From an uncultured Pseudomonadota bacterium (lineage in GTDB: Bacteria > Pseudomonadota > Alphaproteobacteria > UBA3830): 59,976 nt of DNA. The stretch lies in contig CADBNZ010000051.1 in the NCBI GenBank assembly GCA_902796155.1, forward strand, positions 1 through 59,976. The letters are read 5' to 3'. The position numbers and the translations under genes were made by a program. Of the stretch, positions 58,825 through 59,976 are shown piece by piece (the stretch's first letter is position 1; every line of letters starts with the position of its first letter). Below the pieces are notes generated by a model. It was given only the letters and a program-made list of their open reading frames with translations, ran no database searches and was not told the DNA's origin.

Positions 58825-59760
58825 ATGAAGAAAGTGATTAGCTTATGCTTGTTAGGGATCCCGTTTATGCCATTAGCAGCAGACGCAGCTGTAACAACAT
58901 ATACAGGAGGAAGCTCCACAGAATCCGAAACGGCAACAGCTTATGATAATGCAGATAGGAATGCCGCAATTTCAAAAGCTGCGATGCGTGGATGGTTCGT
59001 TGGTCTCGGTCTTGCAAAAGGCGGATATAAAACTACAGCAGATGAGACCAAATATCGCTATAAATGGAGTGGTGATATAGATATTGGGGCGTTTGACGAT
59101 CCTACTGTTAGGTCGTTTTTAGGAGCAGCTGGGCTACCGGTAGATAGTATAACATATGAAGCACTCTCCGCCGGTTCTACTAATCTTGCTTCATTTGAGG
59201 ATACGGGAAATGTCAATTACGGCATTGCCAAAAATAAATTGAATAAGCTAGGTGCTTTGCTTGTAGCCGGATGGGGCGATTTTGATGGCAATCTTTATTA
59301 TGGCCTTCAAATTGCTTTAGATATATCTGGAAAGAAAGACACAGAAGTCTCAAAAACAGATTTTGGAACTGTTAAATTGGAATCAAAAGGCTTTAGACCA
59401 TATTTCGAGGTCATTTTTGGGCGGTATTTCGAAACAATCGATGCTCTTCTTTATTTAAAAGGCGGTGTAACTTATTCCAGAGCAAAATTGTTTAGTGGTA
59501 ATGATGCAGTAAAACTTGGTGCTTTCGCTCCGCTAATTGGGGTTGGTGCAAAGAAGGCAGTTACTGAAAATATGACGATATGTACTGAAGCTGGTTATGT
59601 TTTTGAAGTAAATAAGAAAAGCAGCTTAAATGGTAAAGGTAATTATAAGCTAAATAAAGCAGGGGGTTCTGATGAACTTTATGAAGTTTCTCACGAAATG
59701 GAAGCAAAAATCAGAAATCGTGGGTATAACATTCGTGTATTTGCGACATATAATTTCTAG
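58825..59760 (+). CDS. Outer-membrane beta-barrel protein
   Basis: Signal peptide, amphipathic strands (GWFVGLG, LLYLKGG, IGVGAK), C-terminal VFATYNF. Confidence 0.78.
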   Translation: MKKVISLCLLGIPFMPLAADAAVTTYTGGSSTESETATAYDNADRNAAISKAAMRGWFVGLGLAKGGYKTTADETKYRYKWSGDIDIGAFDDPTVRSFLGAAGLPVDSITYEALSAGSTNLASFEDTGNVNYGIAKNKLNKLGALLVAGWGDFDGNLYYGLQIALDISGKKDTEVSKTDFGTVKLESKGFRPYFEVIFGRYFETIDALLYLKGGVTYSRAKLFSGNDAVKLGAFAPLIGVGAKKAVTENMTICTEAGYVFEVNKKSSLNGKGNYKLNKAGGSDELYEVSHEMEAKIRNRGYNIRVFATYNF

Positions 59761-59779
59761 TAGATAACTTTGTTCTTGC

Positions 59780-59811
59780 AAAGGAGAGGAGTTGTTTCCT
59801 CTCCTTTTTTT
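59780..59811 (+). terminator. Intrinsic terminator
   Basis: AAAGGAGAGGA / TCCTCTCCTTT stem with a poly-T tail. Confidence 0.85.
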
Positions 59812-59976
59812 ATGGCATCGTCAGATCGTTCATGCTATCCATAGAACAGGAAACCAATAGTTACCCACCAGCTTATCTGTTGGTTCTGTATATGCGCCTA
59901 TAAGGCTAGGGTACTAGCCTTCGCCTTAAGGGCGTACCGTAATCTGCCCGTGCGACTTTTACTTACTACCCATAAA

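Noticed and set aside
59940-59976. Group II intron boundary (GTGCG on plus; AAAGTCGCACG resembling half of domain V on minus)
   Set aside because: The complementary half of domain V with the catalytic triad is absent, and too little sequence remains to test a 5' end.

Overview
AT-rich chromosomal window from an alphaproteobacterium. Evidence is ctrA with its own CtrA box, mipZ, trcR/DUF1013, alpha-type sspB, TimA/Tim44 and DUF2232 next to rpsF-rpsR. The reduced gene set, many orphan secreted proteins, a TssJ-like protein and a G-1:C73 tRNA-His point to a host-associated lineage, probably Holosporales-like (inference). Most of the window is housekeeping: translation, cell wall, RNA processing (rne, rnpB), nucleotide and lipid metabolism, and polyamine transport. 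No CRISPR array, prophage, integrase or transposase was recognised. Non-routine items: (1) a dispersed family of CGTC-tagged palindromic repeats, two dimers of which bracket a secreted LRR gene; (2) a cluster of orphan secreted proteins at 24-28 kb, including a TssJ-like protein and a long low-complexity, prion-like protein broken by one in-frame TAA; (3) upper mevalonate pathway genes (HMG-CoA reductase and synthase); (4) an RNase P RNA with a greatly enlarged P9; (5) a long structured rpsF leader; (6) an AmiC amidase with Val at the catalytic Glu position; (7) an HExxH protein with a beta-barrel-like C-terminus; (8) an unexplained structured non-coding stretch at the right edge. All calls come from motif recognition by eye, and no database searches were run.
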